Assembly (NCBI GenBank): GCA_963785725.1
Contig: CAWAWS010000020.1
Span: 160,001-224,000 of the forward strand
DNA from: an uncultured delta proteobacterium
GTDB lineage: Bacteria; Myxococcota_A; Polyangia; Palsa-1104
Length of the DNA stretch: 64,000 bases
Reading direction: 5' to 3'
Part shown: one piece after another, positions 19,744 through 30,343 of the stretch
Layout: the number at the start of each line of letters is the position of its first letter
Position numbering within the stretch: position 1 is the stretch's first letter
Translations under genes and position numbers: made by a program
Notes under the pieces: model-generated
Database searches by the model: none
Seen by the model: only the letters and a program-made list of their open reading frames with translations
Told to the model about the DNA's origin: nothing

Positions 19744-21122
19744 TATTGGACCAACAAGAACTCGACGCGGCGATTGGCGGCTTTACCGGCCTTGGTCTTG
19801 TTGTCGGCGACCGGCTTGTCGGGGCCGTAACCCTTGGCCGTCAGCCGTTCTTTGCCGATGCCCTGGTCGACGAGATACTTGACGACCGCCTCGGCGCGCT
19901 GCTGCGACAAGAGGATGTTCTTGTCGTGATCGCCGACGTTGTCGGTGTGGCCCTGGATCTCGAGCTTCACTTGCGGATAGTCCTTCAACACCTTCGCCGC
20001 GCGATCGAGGACCGGGAACGACGACGGCAAGATGACCGCCTTGCCGTTGGCGAACACGATGCCTTCGACTTTGCCCGAGAACTTCTTGACCGCTTCCGGG
20101 ATCTCGTCCGGGCAGCCGTCGTCGTCCTGGTAGCCGTTCTTGGTCTCGGGCTGCGTCGGGCACTTGTCGAGCTTGTCGGGGATGCCGTCGCCGTCCGAGT
20201 CGGGCAGCGGGCAGCCGTCATTCGTCGACGGGCCGGCCTCTTTGGGGCACTTGTCGAGCCAATCGACGACGCCATCGCCGTCCGAGTCGGTGTCGGGGCA
20301 GCCGCTGTTGGCCGCCGGGCCGGCCTGTTGCGGGCACTTGTCGAGCCGATCGACGACGCCGTCGCCGTCCGCGTCTTTGTCGGGGCAGCCGAGGTTGTCG
20401 ACGGGGCCCTTTTCCGTCGGGCACTCGTCTTTGCTGTCGGGGATGCCGTCGCCGTCGCGGTCGATGGGCGGCTTGGCCGGCACGACGACGACGATGACCT
20501 TCGGCGCGGCCGCCGGCGGCGTGCACTTGTGGTCGATGCCCTTGCCGAAGATGCCATAGAGGCCGAGCAACACTTCGCCGTCCTCGGTGAAATAGGTGCC
20601 TTCGCCCGTGGCGCGACCGAACTGCACGCGGCCGTCGACGCGCAGGCCGAAGCGGCAGGTGATGTCGACCTTCAAGCCGGCGCCGAGGTGCAGCTCGCCT
20701 TTGGTGTCCTGGCTGGCGCCGCCGAGGTTGGTGTCGGACGAGCTCGACGTCATGCCGCCGCCGCCGGCGAGCACGAACGGCCGCACGCGCCCGGTCATGA
20801 GGTGCACGAGCACGTGGCCGCGCCAGCCGAACGCCAAGACCTGCGCGATGTGGTCGCGCGTCTGCGTCGGCGCCAGCAAGAGCTCGGCCTCGAGCTCGAC
20901 GCGCGGATGCAAGATGAAGCCGAAGCGGAAGCCGAACGCGCCCGTGTTCTGCAGGGCGGTGCCGCCGGTGGTGTCTTCGGGACGGCCGAGGCGATTGTCG
21001 CTGTTGAAGAAGTGGCCGCCGGCGAACGCGCCCGCTTCCATGGGAACGTCGGCGTGTGCCAGCGACGGGGCGAACAACACGGCGGCGAGGACGATCGTAA
21101 GTTTACGCATGGTCTCGCTCAC
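19743..21122 (-). CDS. OmpA-family protein: beta-barrel + thrombospondin type 3 repeats + OmpA C-terminal domain
   Basis: DxDGDGxxDxxDKCP repeats; IQGHTD..LSQQRA..NRRVEF. Confidence 0.92.
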   Translation of the reverse strand: MSETMRKLTIVLAAVLFAPSLAHADVPMEAGAFAGGHFFNSDNRLGRPEDTTGGTALQNTGAFGFRFGFILHPRVELEAELLLAPTQTRDHIAQVLAFGWRGHVLVHLMTGRVRPFVLAGGGGMTSSSSDTNLGGASQDTKGELHLGAGLKVDITCRFGLRVDGRVQFGRATGEGTYFTEDGEVLLGLYGIFGKGIDHKCTPPAAAPKVIVVVVPAKPPIDRDGDGIPDSKDECPTEKGPVDNLGCPDKDADGDGVVDRLDKCPQQAGPAANSGCPDTDSDGDGVVDWLDKCPKEAGPSTNDGCPLPDSDGDGIPDKLDKCPTQPETKNGYQDDDGCPDEIPEAVKKFSGKVEGIVFANGKAVILPSSFPVLDRAAKVLKDYPQVKLEIQGHTDNVGDHDKNILLSQQRAEAVVKYLVDQGIGKERLTAKGYGPDKPVADNKTKAGKAANRRVEFLLVQ

Positions 21123-22042
21123 AAAAGCGTGATGACGAGCGAAAGGCTCGTCACGGTGTCGAGGCGTTGAGCGCGCGGCACGAAGTCCGCCGCGTACGTG
21201 AAGCCGGCGAACGCAGGCAGCGGCGCCGGATTGTTCGTGTAGCGCGCGAGGAACGACAGCTGAAAGCCGATGTTCTTCCAGATGCGCGCGTTGAGGGCGG
21301 CGCTGGCGTTGACGCGCGTATTGCCGAAGGCGCCGACGGTCGTGTTGGGCGTGTAGCCGGGCAGCGAGTTCAAGTTGCCGAGAATCTCCACGCCGGTCGC
21401 GATGCCCACTTCCTTCGACAGCGTGATCGTGTAGCCGGCGAACATGCGCAAGGAGTGGATGTCGAGCGTCGGACCGCTGACGTTCTCCTGATACGTGAAG
21501 TCGTAGCCGAGCTCGGCGACGAGCAGGTGCATGTCGCTCACATAGAGCTGGCGGCTGTAGCCGACCTGCCCGCCGGTGGCGACGATGATACCGGCCGGCC
21601 GGTTACCGCTGGCGAAGCCCGTGGCATAGATCGAGTTGTTCTTGGAGAGGAAGCGATCGTAGCGGAGCTTGATGTTCCACAGCTCGGCCGACGTCGTCGA
21701 GGTGTGCGTGATCTCGGAGTCGTTGTCGATCACGGTGCCGCCGCCCGGGACGTCGGCGCCGATGACGGTGCTGCGCGCGTACGAGCCGTTGACGTCGAGC
21801 TGCAGCTTGTTCCAGCCGTCGAGCATCGAGGCCGTGCCGCCGGCGGTGAAGGCGAAGCTGTTGGCGTTACCGGTGTTGAGCACGAGGCCCGCTTGCACGG
21901 AGGATTTCCAGATCACCTTGCCCTTGGTGTCTTCCTGCGTGCTGTACACGAATTTGGGATCGTCGGCCCACGCCGGCGTCGCCGCGAGGCCGAGCAGCCC
22001 CAGCGCGAGCCAGACGAGGGGCGAGCCTTGTCGTCTTGTCAT
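21119..22042 (-). CDS. DUF481-like outer-membrane beta-barrel protein
   Basis: Signal peptide; WKSSVQAGLVLNTGN start, RYDRFLS, alternating beta-strand pattern. Confidence 0.75.
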   Translation of the reverse strand: MTRRQGSPLVWLALGLLGLAATPAWADDPKFVYSTQEDTKGKVIWKSSVQAGLVLNTGNANSFAFTAGGTASMLDGWNKLQLDVNGSYARSTVIGADVPGGGTVIDNDSEITHTSTTSAELWNIKLRYDRFLSKNNSIYATGFASGNRPAGIIVATGGQVGYSRQLYVSDMHLLVAELGYDFTYQENVSGPTLDIHSLRMFAGYTITLSKEVGIATGVEILGNLNSLPGYTPNTTVGAFGNTRVNASAALNARIWKNIGFQLSFLARYTNNPAPLPAFAGFTYAADFVPRAQRLDTVTSLSLVITLL

Positions 22043-22410
22043 CAGTCTAGAATCCTTGGTTGAAAGGTCGAAAAACCGGTAGCGCCGCCGGCGTCGCGGC
22101 GCGAAGCACTAGAGAAACACCCAAGATCATGCTCGGCCGAGCAGTACGACCGACGCGCGGTTTCGGATCGCGCGGTCGTCGTTTTGTAGCAGGCGGTGCG
22201 GCCGCCACGACGACGGTCGCGGGCCGATCCGTCGACATCGAAGTGCGACCAGAGCACGTAATGCATCCCCCAGAATTCGTGAGTCCTACAAAAAACGGCA
22301 TGCTACTAGGGATGAGGTGGCGGTCAATCCTTTATTGCCCGCCGTGTATTTAAAAATGTGTGCGTCAGCGAAGCGGATCTTGTTATCGAACGACGTGAAT
22401 CGTTCGCGTT

Positions 22411-23250
22411 TCAGCCTTTGAAATAGTCGTAGCGGGCGGCGTGAGGCGCGATTCTCGTCTGCAGAGCGACGCATTCGGCGGGGTCGAGCGGCGCGAAGTC
22501 GTGGTTGAGGGCGAGATTGGCGCGCACCTCGGCGACGCTGGAGCAGCCGATGACGACGGTGTCGGCGAAGCCGGCGGCATAGCGGATGAGCTCGTCGGCG
22601 CTCGCGACGCCGTCGGCGACGAGGCGGCCGGCGGCGAGCACCTTCATGCCGACGACGCCCATGCCGCGGCGGCGCGCTTCGGGCACGACCGTCGTCAAGA
22701 ACGGCAGCTGCGCCGGATCGGCCGGATTGATCGGGCACAAGACGCTGTCGAAGTCGAAGCGACGCATGGCCTCCAACAAGATCGCCGGATCTTGATGGCC
22801 GGTGAGCCCGATGCAGCGGACGCGACCATCGGCGCGCGCGGCCTGCGCGGCCTCGATGGCGCCGCCCTTGCCGAAGATGGCGTCGAGATCGCCGGGCTCG
22901 CGCAGGTCGTGCATCTGCCACAGGTCGAGGTGGTCGGTGCCGAGGCGCGTGAGCGAATCGTCGAGCAGCTTGAGCGCGCGATCGCGGCGGCGCTCGTGCA
23001 CTTTGGACGCGAGGAAGATCTGCGCGCGCGCCGCCGGACCCGCCTGCCGCAGCGCCGCGCCATAATGATCCTGGCTCTCTTGATACGCCGGCGCCGTGTC
23101 GCAGTAGCGCACGCCGAGCCGGAAGGCCTCGAGGATCATGGGCACGGCGTCCCGCGCGCGGCCGGTCGTGCGCAAGATCCCTTCACCGCCGAGCGACACG
23201 GGCAAAACGGTGGCGCCGGTGCGGCCGAGCGTGCGTTCCACGAGAGGCAT
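22411..23250 (-). CDS. Aldo/keto reductase
   Basis: RTLGRTG, DTAPAY, SLTRLGTDHLDLWQMH, IGLTGH. Confidence 0.92.
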   Translation of the reverse strand: MPLVERTLGRTGATVLPVSLGGEGILRTTGRARDAVPMILEAFRLGVRYCDTAPAYQESQDHYGAALRQAGPAARAQIFLASKVHERRRDRALKLLDDSLTRLGTDHLDLWQMHDLREPGDLDAIFGKGGAIEAAQAARADGRVRCIGLTGHQDPAILLEAMRRFDFDSVLCPINPADPAQLPFLTTVVPEARRRGMGVVGMKVLAAGRLVADGVASADELIRYAAGFADTVVIGCSSVAEVRANLALNHDFAPLDPAECVALQTRIAPHAARYDYFKG

Positions 23251-23529
23251 GCACGCACTCTACTACGGTGACGACCGGAGCGCGGATCGGCGCGCCGCGA
23301 CTGCATGCTCGACTGCAACTAAAATGGCATGCGACAAAATACCGCATGGTCACCATTAGCAGTGCACTCTATCAATAATGGCGATATCGATATTCGAATT
23401 AACTGCGAATCATTGCAGCTCGCAGTTGAGCCCATAGCCGCGACATTCGACGGACCTCACGCTGTGCCTGAATCCGATCGACGGGCGCGCGGCTTCCCAA
23501 AGCGGCGGCGAGCGGACATCATGCCGCGC

Positions 23530-23952
23530 ATGGCCCGCCGCTATTGGCTCATCAAGAGCGAACCGTTCAAGTATTCGTGGGACCGCTTCGTCAGCGACGG
23601 GCGGACGCATTGGGACGGCGTGCGCAACTTCGAGGCGCGCAACAACTTGCGGGCGATGGCGCTCGGCGATCTGGCGCTCTTTTATCACTCCAACGAAGGC
23701 AAGGAGATCGTCGGCGTGGCCGAGGTGGTGCGCACCGCCTACGCCGATGCGACGGCGGAAGCCGGCGACTGGAGCGTGGTCGACGTGGCGCCGCTGGCGC
23801 CGTTGACGCGACCGGTGACGCTGGAGACGATCAAGAGCGACGCGTTGTTGTCGAAGATGGCGCTGGTGCGGCGGTCGCGGCTGTCGGTGGCGCCCGTGGA
23901 GGCGAAGGAGCTCGCGCGTGTGCTCGCGCTCGGCAAGACCAAGCTGCGTTAG
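23530..23952 (+). CDS. EVE domain protein
   Basis: YWLIKSEP..WDGVRN..ARN..FYHS..SRLSV. Confidence 0.92.
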   Translation: MARRYWLIKSEPFKYSWDRFVSDGRTHWDGVRNFEARNNLRAMALGDLALFYHSNEGKEIVGVAEVVRTAYADATAEAGDWSVVDVAPLAPLTRPVTLETIKSDALLSKMALVRRSRLSVAPVEAKELARVLALGKTKLR

Positions 23953-25412
23953 GACGTCAGCCGCTCGAAGTCGATGAAGCCTTTGGCGACGCTGACGTCG
24001 AGCAGCCGCACGCGCACGCGCTGGCCGACCGTCAAGCCGTGGCCGCCTTTGACGACCTTGCCTTCGGCCGTCGGTGAGCTCACGCGCACGAACACGCCCT
24101 TGTCGCTGGCGCCGGTGATGATGCCGTCGAACGTGTGCCCGACCTGCGGCTGCAGCAGCTGCGCCGCGGCCGACTTCTGCACGCGCCGCTCCACCTTCTC
24201 GGCCGCCGCCTCCATCTCCGAACAGTGGGCCGCGATCTGCGTCAGCTCGACGCGCGTATAAGGCGACTTCTGCCCCACCGCGTGCGCCTTGATGAGCCGC
24301 TGCGTCACGAGATCGGGATAGCGGCGATTGGGCGCCGTCGAGTGCGCATACTCCATCGTCGCCAGCCCGAAGTGGCCGATGTCGGGCTCGTCGGGCGCGT
24401 GCGCGACGTATTCGCCGCGCCCCATCAGCTTGATGACCGCGAGCGAGATGTCGGCGAAGTCGTCGGGATGCTCGTCGCGCATGCGATCGATGAAGCCGGC
24501 CAGCGCCTTCGAGCTCGGCTGCGGCGGCAACGTCACGCCGTGCTCGTTGGCGTAGGCGACGATGCGCTGCCACCGCTCCGGCTGCTTGACGACGCGGCGA
24601 ATCGACACCATGCGATCGAGATCGAGCGCGTGCGCGACGGTGCGGTTGGAGGCGATCATCAGCTCCTCGATGACGCTGCCGGCGCGATCTTGATGATGCG
24701 GCGCGAGGCCGGTCACGTTGCCGTGCGCGTCGACCTCGGCGCGCACTTCGCCGGTGTCGACGTCGAGCGCGCCCGCTTTGCGGCGGGCCGCGGCCAGCAC
24801 GCGCGCGATCTTGTCGTGCAGCTGCACCTGCGCGCGCAGCGTCTCGTCATGCGCGAGCACGCCCGGCGGCGGCGCCTTGCCGTCGAGCCACGCCGACACC
24901 GACGGATAATCGAGCTTGCCCTTGTTCTGCACCAGCGCCGGATAGAGCTTGCCGTCGCTGATGTTGCCGTCGTCGTGCACGAGCGTCTCGATGACGATGG
25001 CCGGCCGCGCTTCGTCGGCCAGAAGCGAGCTCAAGTGAAACGACAAGCGCTCCGGCAACATCGGGAACGTCCGCACGCCGGTATAAACGCTCGTCGTGTT
25101 GTTGCCGGCGAAGCGATCGATGGCCGAGCCCTTGGCGACGAAGTGATCGACGTCGGCGATGGCGACGTACAGCCGCGTGCCGCCGGCCACGACCTCGGCC
25201 GCTTCGATCTGATCGAGATCTTGCGACTCGGGATTGTCGATGGACGTCCACGGCATCGCCCGCAAGTCGCGCATGCCGGCCGTGGGCGCGGCGACGGGCT
25301 GCGCGTGCGCGGCCTCGGCCACGGCGTCGTCGGGCGGATCGGGCAGGAAACCTTTTTCGCGCATGGCCGTTAGGGCGACCTGCACGAGCACACCATGATC
25401 GATTTGAGCCAT
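23949..25412 (-). CDS. RNB-domain exoribonuclease (RNase II family) with a C-terminal S1 domain
   Basis: SIDNPESQDLDQ, VAIADV, IEELMI, HSTAPNRRYPDL. Confidence 0.9.
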   Translation of the reverse strand: MAQIDHGVLVQVALTAMREKGFLPDPPDDAVAEAAHAQPVAAPTAGMRDLRAMPWTSIDNPESQDLDQIEAAEVVAGGTRLYVAIADVDHFVAKGSAIDRFAGNNTTSVYTGVRTFPMLPERLSFHLSSLLADEARPAIVIETLVHDDGNISDGKLYPALVQNKGKLDYPSVSAWLDGKAPPPGVLAHDETLRAQVQLHDKIARVLAAARRKAGALDVDTGEVRAEVDAHGNVTGLAPHHQDRAGSVIEELMIASNRTVAHALDLDRMVSIRRVVKQPERWQRIVAYANEHGVTLPPQPSSKALAGFIDRMRDEHPDDFADISLAVIKLMGRGEYVAHAPDEPDIGHFGLATMEYAHSTAPNRRYPDLVTQRLIKAHAVGQKSPYTRVELTQIAAHCSEMEAAAEKVERRVQKSAAAQLLQPQVGHTFDGIITGASDKGVFVRVSSPTAEGKVVKGGHGLTVGQRVRVRLLDVSVAKGFIDFERLTS

Positions 25413-25487
25413 TGCTACGATATATACAGGAAACGCCCGATATCGAGCCGCGGCGCTGGATGGGAAAGTCGAAGCTCCGCGCGCGAA

Positions 25488-26778
25488 TCAGGCGGAGCTG
25501 GGCGCGAGCAGGCTCTGCAGACGCGCGATGACGTCGGGCGCGGCGCGGACGGTGAAATAGGCGGCTTCGTCGTCGGCGCGCTCGGCGAGGACTTGGCAGC
25601 TGGCGAAGATCTCGCCGCGCAGGCGCTGCTGGCTCCAGGCGACGCGCAGCTCCTCCTCGATCAGCTCGTCGGCGAAGTGCGCGACCAGCGCCGCGTGCAG
25701 CGCCACGACGTCTTCGGGACGCTTGGCGCTCACGACGTGCGCGTCGGGCCAACGCGCGAGCAGCGCTTGGCGCGTCGCCGCTTCGTCGGCCACGAGGTCG
25801 ATCTTGTTGAGCACGAGGACGTGCGGCACGTCGCCGGCGCCGATCTCGGCGAGGACGGCGTTCGTGACCTCGAGCTGCCGCAGATGGCCGGGGTCGGACG
25901 CATCCAAGACGTGCAACAGCAGCGACGCCTCCAAGCGCTTCGTCGAGCGTGCTCTTGAACGAGGCCACGAGACCATGCGGCAGGTTCTTGATGAAGCCGA
26001 CCGTGTCGGACACGAGGATGCGCGGCACCGTCGCCGGCGCGAGCTCGCGCACGGTCGTGTCGAGCGTGGCGAAGAGCTTGTTGGCGACGTAGACCTCGCT
26101 GCCGGTGAGCGCGCGCATCCACGTCGACTTGCCGGCGTTGGTGTAGCCGACGAGCGCCACGCGATGTAAGCCCCCGGCGCTGACGCGACGCTCGCGCTGC
26201 GTGCGCCGCTCGGCGTCGAGGCTCGCCAGCTCGGCGGTGAGCTCGGCGATGCGATCGCGGATCTTGCGCCGATCGAGCTCGAGCGCCGACTCGCCCGCGC
26301 CTTTGCCGCCGATGCCGCCGCGCTGGCGGTCCTTGCCTTTGCCGGCCTCGCGCAGCCGCGGCGCCAGATACTGCAGCCGCACGATCTCGACCTGCGCGCG
26401 CGCCGCTCGTGAACGCGCGTGGCGATGGAAGATCTCGAGGATCACCTGCGTGCGATCGAGGACGTCGACACCCACCTCCTTCTCGAGGTTGCGCGCTTGC
26501 GACGGCGACAGCTCGTGGTCGACGAACAGGAGGTCGCACAGCGGCGCCTCGGGCGTGCCGACCATGGCCTTCAGCTCTTCGCGCTTGCCGCTGCCGAGGT
26601 AGGCGCCGCCGTCGAAGGAAGCGCGCTTCTGCGTGACCGTGTCGATGACGGTGACGCCGAGCGTGCGCGCGAGCTGGCGCAGCTCGGCCAGCGAGCTCTG
26701 GAACTCCTCGTCGGATACATCGGGCAGCTGCACGGCAGCGACGATGGCGCGCTGCGGCTTGTCTTCGGCGTCGAGCAT
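25488..26778 (-). CDS. hflX: GTPase HflX, split by a +1 frameshift near 25934 (probably a sequencing error)
   Basis: VGYTNAGKST, LFATLDTT and DTVGFI in one frame. LLLHVLDAS..VLNKID continues in the next frame after KSTLDEAL. Confidence 0.9.
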
Positions 26779-26867
26779 GGCTACGTCATTACCACGCGCA
26801 CGTCAGCCTTGCGGCGCCGACCGTGCGCTCGTTTCTTTTGCGCCGCGCGGACCGGCGACCGCGGCTG

Positions 26868-29081
26868 TTAATCGGCGACGCAGAGCGGGCGGCCGTTGGC
26901 GCCGACGCCGCAATAGTCATCGACGCGCGGGCACGAGCCCTCGCTGCAATAGCCGCCGCAACCATTGCCTTGGCCGCAGCGTGCGTTGTTCGGGCAGTTG
27001 GGCGTGCACGTGCACGAGACGCAATTGAAGACGCCGCCGCAGCCGTTGGCCTGCGGGCCGCACTTGCCGGCGCAGCTCGTCTGCGGAATGCACACGCACT
27101 GATTGTTCTCGCAGGCGTAGGTGCTGGTGCCGGTGGTCGGGCAGTTGCCGCAGCTCAGCGTGCCACCGCAGCCGTCGCTGATGCTGCCGCAGCTGGCGCC
27201 GCGCTGCGCGCAGGTCGCGGGAACGCAGCAGTCGTCGATGCAATTATGCTCGCCGGTGACGCAAGCCGAGGGCAGCTGCGTGCCGTCGGCCAAGCATTCC
27301 TGCTCCTCGCTGGCGCAGCTCTGTCGACACGTGGACGTGGTGACGCAGCTATGCACGTCGTCATCGCAGACGTGCAAGCCGTCGCAGGTGCCACACGAGA
27401 GGGTGCCGCCGCAGCCATCGGGAACGAGGCCGCAGGTCGCGCCGATGCTGGCGCAGGTGGCCGGCGTGCAGCAGGCATCGGTCACGCCGGCGCCGGCCGA
27501 CGGCGAGCCCGACACCACCGCCCCGGTCGAGCTCACGAATTGGGCGGTGACACGGTAGATCCACGTGTTGACCGGTCCGGCCTCGCACAGCGTGTAGGCG
27601 GTGTTGTCGGTGAAAAGCACCGAAGGGGTCGGCTTGTCGTCGTCGGTCGTCGCCAGCGTCGTCCAAGCTCCCGTGGGACTATCGGTGCGCTCGATGAGAT
27701 AGCGGTCGGCGCCGGCAACGCCGCGCCAGCTCATCTGGTTGGTCATCGCGCTGCCGCTGCCGCTCGGCTGCACCGTGAGGGCCTGCGGCATGTCCGGCGA
27801 GCCCGTGCGCCCATCGTCCAACTCCGGAAGGCCCGCGATCAGATTGGCGATCGTCCTGACCACGGTGAAGACGGTCACTTCGGTCGGCATCTGGAAGTAG
27901 GGCGTGAAGCTGGCGGCGGGGAAGCCGGGATAGTGATACGAGCAGGAGTTCGGCGACGAGTGGTCGCATAGGAACTTGAAGCCGCCGTCGCGACTGTGAC
28001 CGCGCAGCGCCCACACCATGGCGCCGGCGGTGCCGTCTTGATAGGCCTCTTGGAGGCAGCTCACCAAATCCGGCTCTTCGCCGCCTCCATTGGTGCCGAT
28101 CTCGCCGGCGATGAACGGCTTCTGGTCGAACGCCTGGGCGCGGTCTGCAGCGACCTTGCTCGCCGACAGCTCCGACCCTTGGACGTAGAAGTGGTCGCTG
28201 ACGATGTCGATGTTCGACGTCGCCAACAGCGACGAGCTCTTGATGCCGTAGTGACCGTCCATCACCAGATGGTTGGCGTCGAGGCCCTTGATGAAGCCGG
28301 CGATGTCCTCGGTCCACTCGGCGGTGTCCTGGTCGAGCTCGTTGCCGGTCTCCCAGGCGAGGATGGCCGGATCGTCGCTGTAGCGAATGCAGGTGCGCGT
28401 GTTGACCCGGGTGAGCAGAAACGTGATCATCTTCTTGAACTCGTTGCGCACCATCGGGTCGCTCCAGAAGTGATCCGGTCTCTGGCCGCCTTGTGACGCG
28501 GCGTAGATGGGCACGCCGCCGCTCGTGGAGGTCGAGCTCGTCTCGACCAGCGGGATGATGAGACGCACGCCGTAGTGGTTGGCGAGCTCGAGCAGGTGAT
28601 CGATCTGCTGGAACAGCTGCTCGTCGAACTGGATGTTGCCGTTCGCGTCCCAGGTCACGTGCTTGCGCAGCGTGTCGGTGCGCGGATAGGCCGTCTGCGT
28701 CTTGATGACGTACGAGCGGGTGACGCGGCCGCGCAGCTGCGCGATGCTCTTGATGGTGTCTTCGTTCTCGAAGGCGTCGTCGACCGGGTCGCTTTCGGTC
28801 GGGTAGTGCTCGTCGTCGAGGAGCGTGGGCGAGTTGAACGAGAAGAAGCGGAAGGGAGCCTGGCCCTCCATCAACTGGTCGCCGAGGCGCGTGATGTAGG
28901 GGCGCGCGGCGGCCTCGGTGATGCCGACGGGGTTTTGAATCTGGCAGCCGCTGACCGGCGTGATGCGAGCGCTGAGCGAGTCCTGCTCGTGGCCGGTTGG
29001 AGGCTGGGAGAAACAGCCGGCGAGAAGGCCGATCGGCACCAGGGCCGCCAACAGCTGCGAACAAGAGCGCGCGTACGACAT
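26868..29081 (-). CDS. GH5 mannanase-like lipoprotein with an FN3-like domain and Cys-rich repeats
   Basis: ILAWETGNEL (acid/base) and IAGEIG (nucleophile); lipobox LAGC; C-terminal CGxxxDGCGGTLSCG repeats; ATG at 29081. Confidence 0.85.
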   Translation of the reverse strand: MSYARSCSQLLAALVPIGLLAGCFSQPPTGHEQDSLSARITPVSGCQIQNPVGITEAAARPYITRLGDQLMEGQAPFRFFSFNSPTLLDDEHYPTESDPVDDAFENEDTIKSIAQLRGRVTRSYVIKTQTAYPRTDTLRKHVTWDANGNIQFDEQLFQQIDHLLELANHYGVRLIIPLVETSSTSTSGGVPIYAASQGGQRPDHFWSDPMVRNEFKKMITFLLTRVNTRTCIRYSDDPAILAWETGNELDQDTAEWTEDIAGFIKGLDANHLVMDGHYGIKSSSLLATSNIDIVSDHFYVQGSELSASKVAADRAQAFDQKPFIAGEIGTNGGGEEPDLVSCLQEAYQDGTAGAMVWALRGHSRDGGFKFLCDHSSPNSCSYHYPGFPAASFTPYFQMPTEVTVFTVVRTIANLIAGLPELDDGRTGSPDMPQALTVQPSGSGSAMTNQMSWRGVAGADRYLIERTDSPTGAWTTLATTDDDKPTPSVLFTDNTAYTLCEAGPVNTWIYRVTAQFVSSTGAVVSGSPSAGAGVTDACCTPATCASIGATCGLVPDGCGGTLSCGTCDGLHVCDDDVHSCVTTSTCRQSCASEEQECLADGTQLPSACVTGEHNCIDDCCVPATCAQRGASCGSISDGCGGTLSCGNCPTTGTSTYACENNQCVCIPQTSCAGKCGPQANGCGGVFNCVSCTCTPNCPNNARCGQGNGCGGYCSEGSCPRVDDYCGVGANGRPLCVAD

Positions 29082-29195
29082 GCCGGCACGGTTATCACGG
29101 GCCAGTCGGGTGGCATGGTGATGCCGGACACCACCATCGCGCGCTCGAGCCGCGCAATCGGACAACCGCCCGCTCGCCCGCGCCGTCACACCGTC

Positions 29196-29972
29196 ATGCG
29201 CGCCAGCCTCTGCCTGCTGCTCGTCGCGACCGCCGCACACGCCGATTCCACGACCGCCGCACCCGCCGACGCGCACGCCGTTGACGACGCTGCGCACGCC
29301 GCCGCCGCCACGACCAATCGACCCGGCGGCGCCGCCGCGGCGCGCGTCCAGCGCTTCGCCGCCGAAGCCGCCGGCGTCGACCGCGCCCGCTCGGGCGCCC
29401 TCGCCCCCGCCTGGCGCGACGTCGAACGCGCCCTGCAGGCCCAATTCCAGCCCGCCGCCGCCGACGTCACGTCGCGCTCGACCGCGCAGCTCCTGCTCGC
29501 ACAATATCGCGCCGGCCTCGGCCGCGACCCGCGCCAGCCCGCGAACCTCGGCGTCTCCGCCTACGATCAGCCCGCCGAATGGCAGCGCAGCGAGGTCGAG
29601 GTCGTCGTCGGCGACGCCGGCCAGCTCGTCGACGCGCGCATCCTCGTCCCGTCGGGCCGCGCCCAGCTCGACCAGCTGGCGCTCGCCGCCGCGCGCGCCG
29701 CCGTCGCCGCCCATCCGCCGCGCGTCACGACGCCGTCGGCGCCCGCCGCCAAGTCGCAGCGGGTGCGCTTTGCCGTCGAGAGCAGCGTCTCCGTCATGCC
29801 CATCGACGCCGCGCCGCTGGCGATGCCGGGCACGACGCAGCCCAACGGCGCCGTCGTCAACTTCACGAAGATGCACTTCGACGAGTCGCGCGCCACCGTC
29901 TCCAAGCCCGACTACATCGGCCACGCGACCGTGCACACGCGCGTCACGCTGCTCGGCGTGCAGTCCGACTGA
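29196..29972 (+). CDS. Secreted protein with a TonB C-terminal-like domain
   Basis: Signal peptide ..[36 protein letters not shown] motif. Confidence 0.65.
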   Translation: MRASLCLLLVATAAHADSTTAAPADAHAVDDAAHAAAATTNRPGGAAAARVQRFAAEAAGVDRARSGALAPAWRDVERALQAQFQPAAADVTSRSTAQLLLAQYRAGLGRDPRQPANLGVSAYDQPAEWQRSEVEVVVGDAGQLVDARILVPSGRAQLDQLALAAARAAVAAHPPRVTTPSAPAAKSQRVRFAVESSVSVMPIDAAPLAMPGTTQPNGAVVNFTKMHFDESRATVSKPDYIGHATVHTRVTLLGVQSD

Positions 29973-30029
29973 GCCGCGCCGCCGCGAATGCGAGCCGCAC
30001 GCAGCCTCCGGGCGTGGTAGACGACCGAC

Positions 30030-30260
30030 ATGAACATTCAGCTGTGCAAGAAGTCGCTCGATCGCCTAGGCGCGCCGGCGCAAGCGATGGTCTCGTCCCT
30101 GCGCGACGACGAGCATGCGATCGTCATCAAAGACTGCCTCGATCGCTGCGGCGGCTGCCAGCAGGGCCTCGTCATCGCCAGCGTCGACGGCATGCCGGTC
30201 TCGACGCGCGACATTCCGACGTTCGTCGCTCAAGTCGCCGAGCTCGCGGCCGACGAATAG
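30030..30260 (+). CDS. Small Cys-rich protein, YuzB/DUF1450-like
   Basis: IQLC ... CLDRCGGC ... VDG pattern; 76 aa. Confidence 0.65.
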   Translation: MNIQLCKKSLDRLGAPAQAMVSSLRDDEHAIVIKDCLDRCGGCQQGLVIASVDGMPVSTRDIPTFVAQVAELAADE

Positions 30261-30343
30261 CCGCATTGCGGCAAGCGCTGCGCGCGCTCGGGCGACGACG
30301 ATGTTCGCGGCGAACGGTGCCGCAAGTGCTAGACTGAGAGATA

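Noticed and set aside
19743..21122. TraB of the myxobacterial outer-membrane exchange system
   Set aside because: Barrel+TSP3+OmpA is a common architecture, and no TraA-like gene lies upstream.
23530..25412. EVE + RNase as a defence or toxin-antitoxin pair
   Set aside because: The genes are convergent, both families are common stand-alone genes, and nothing else suggests a defence island.
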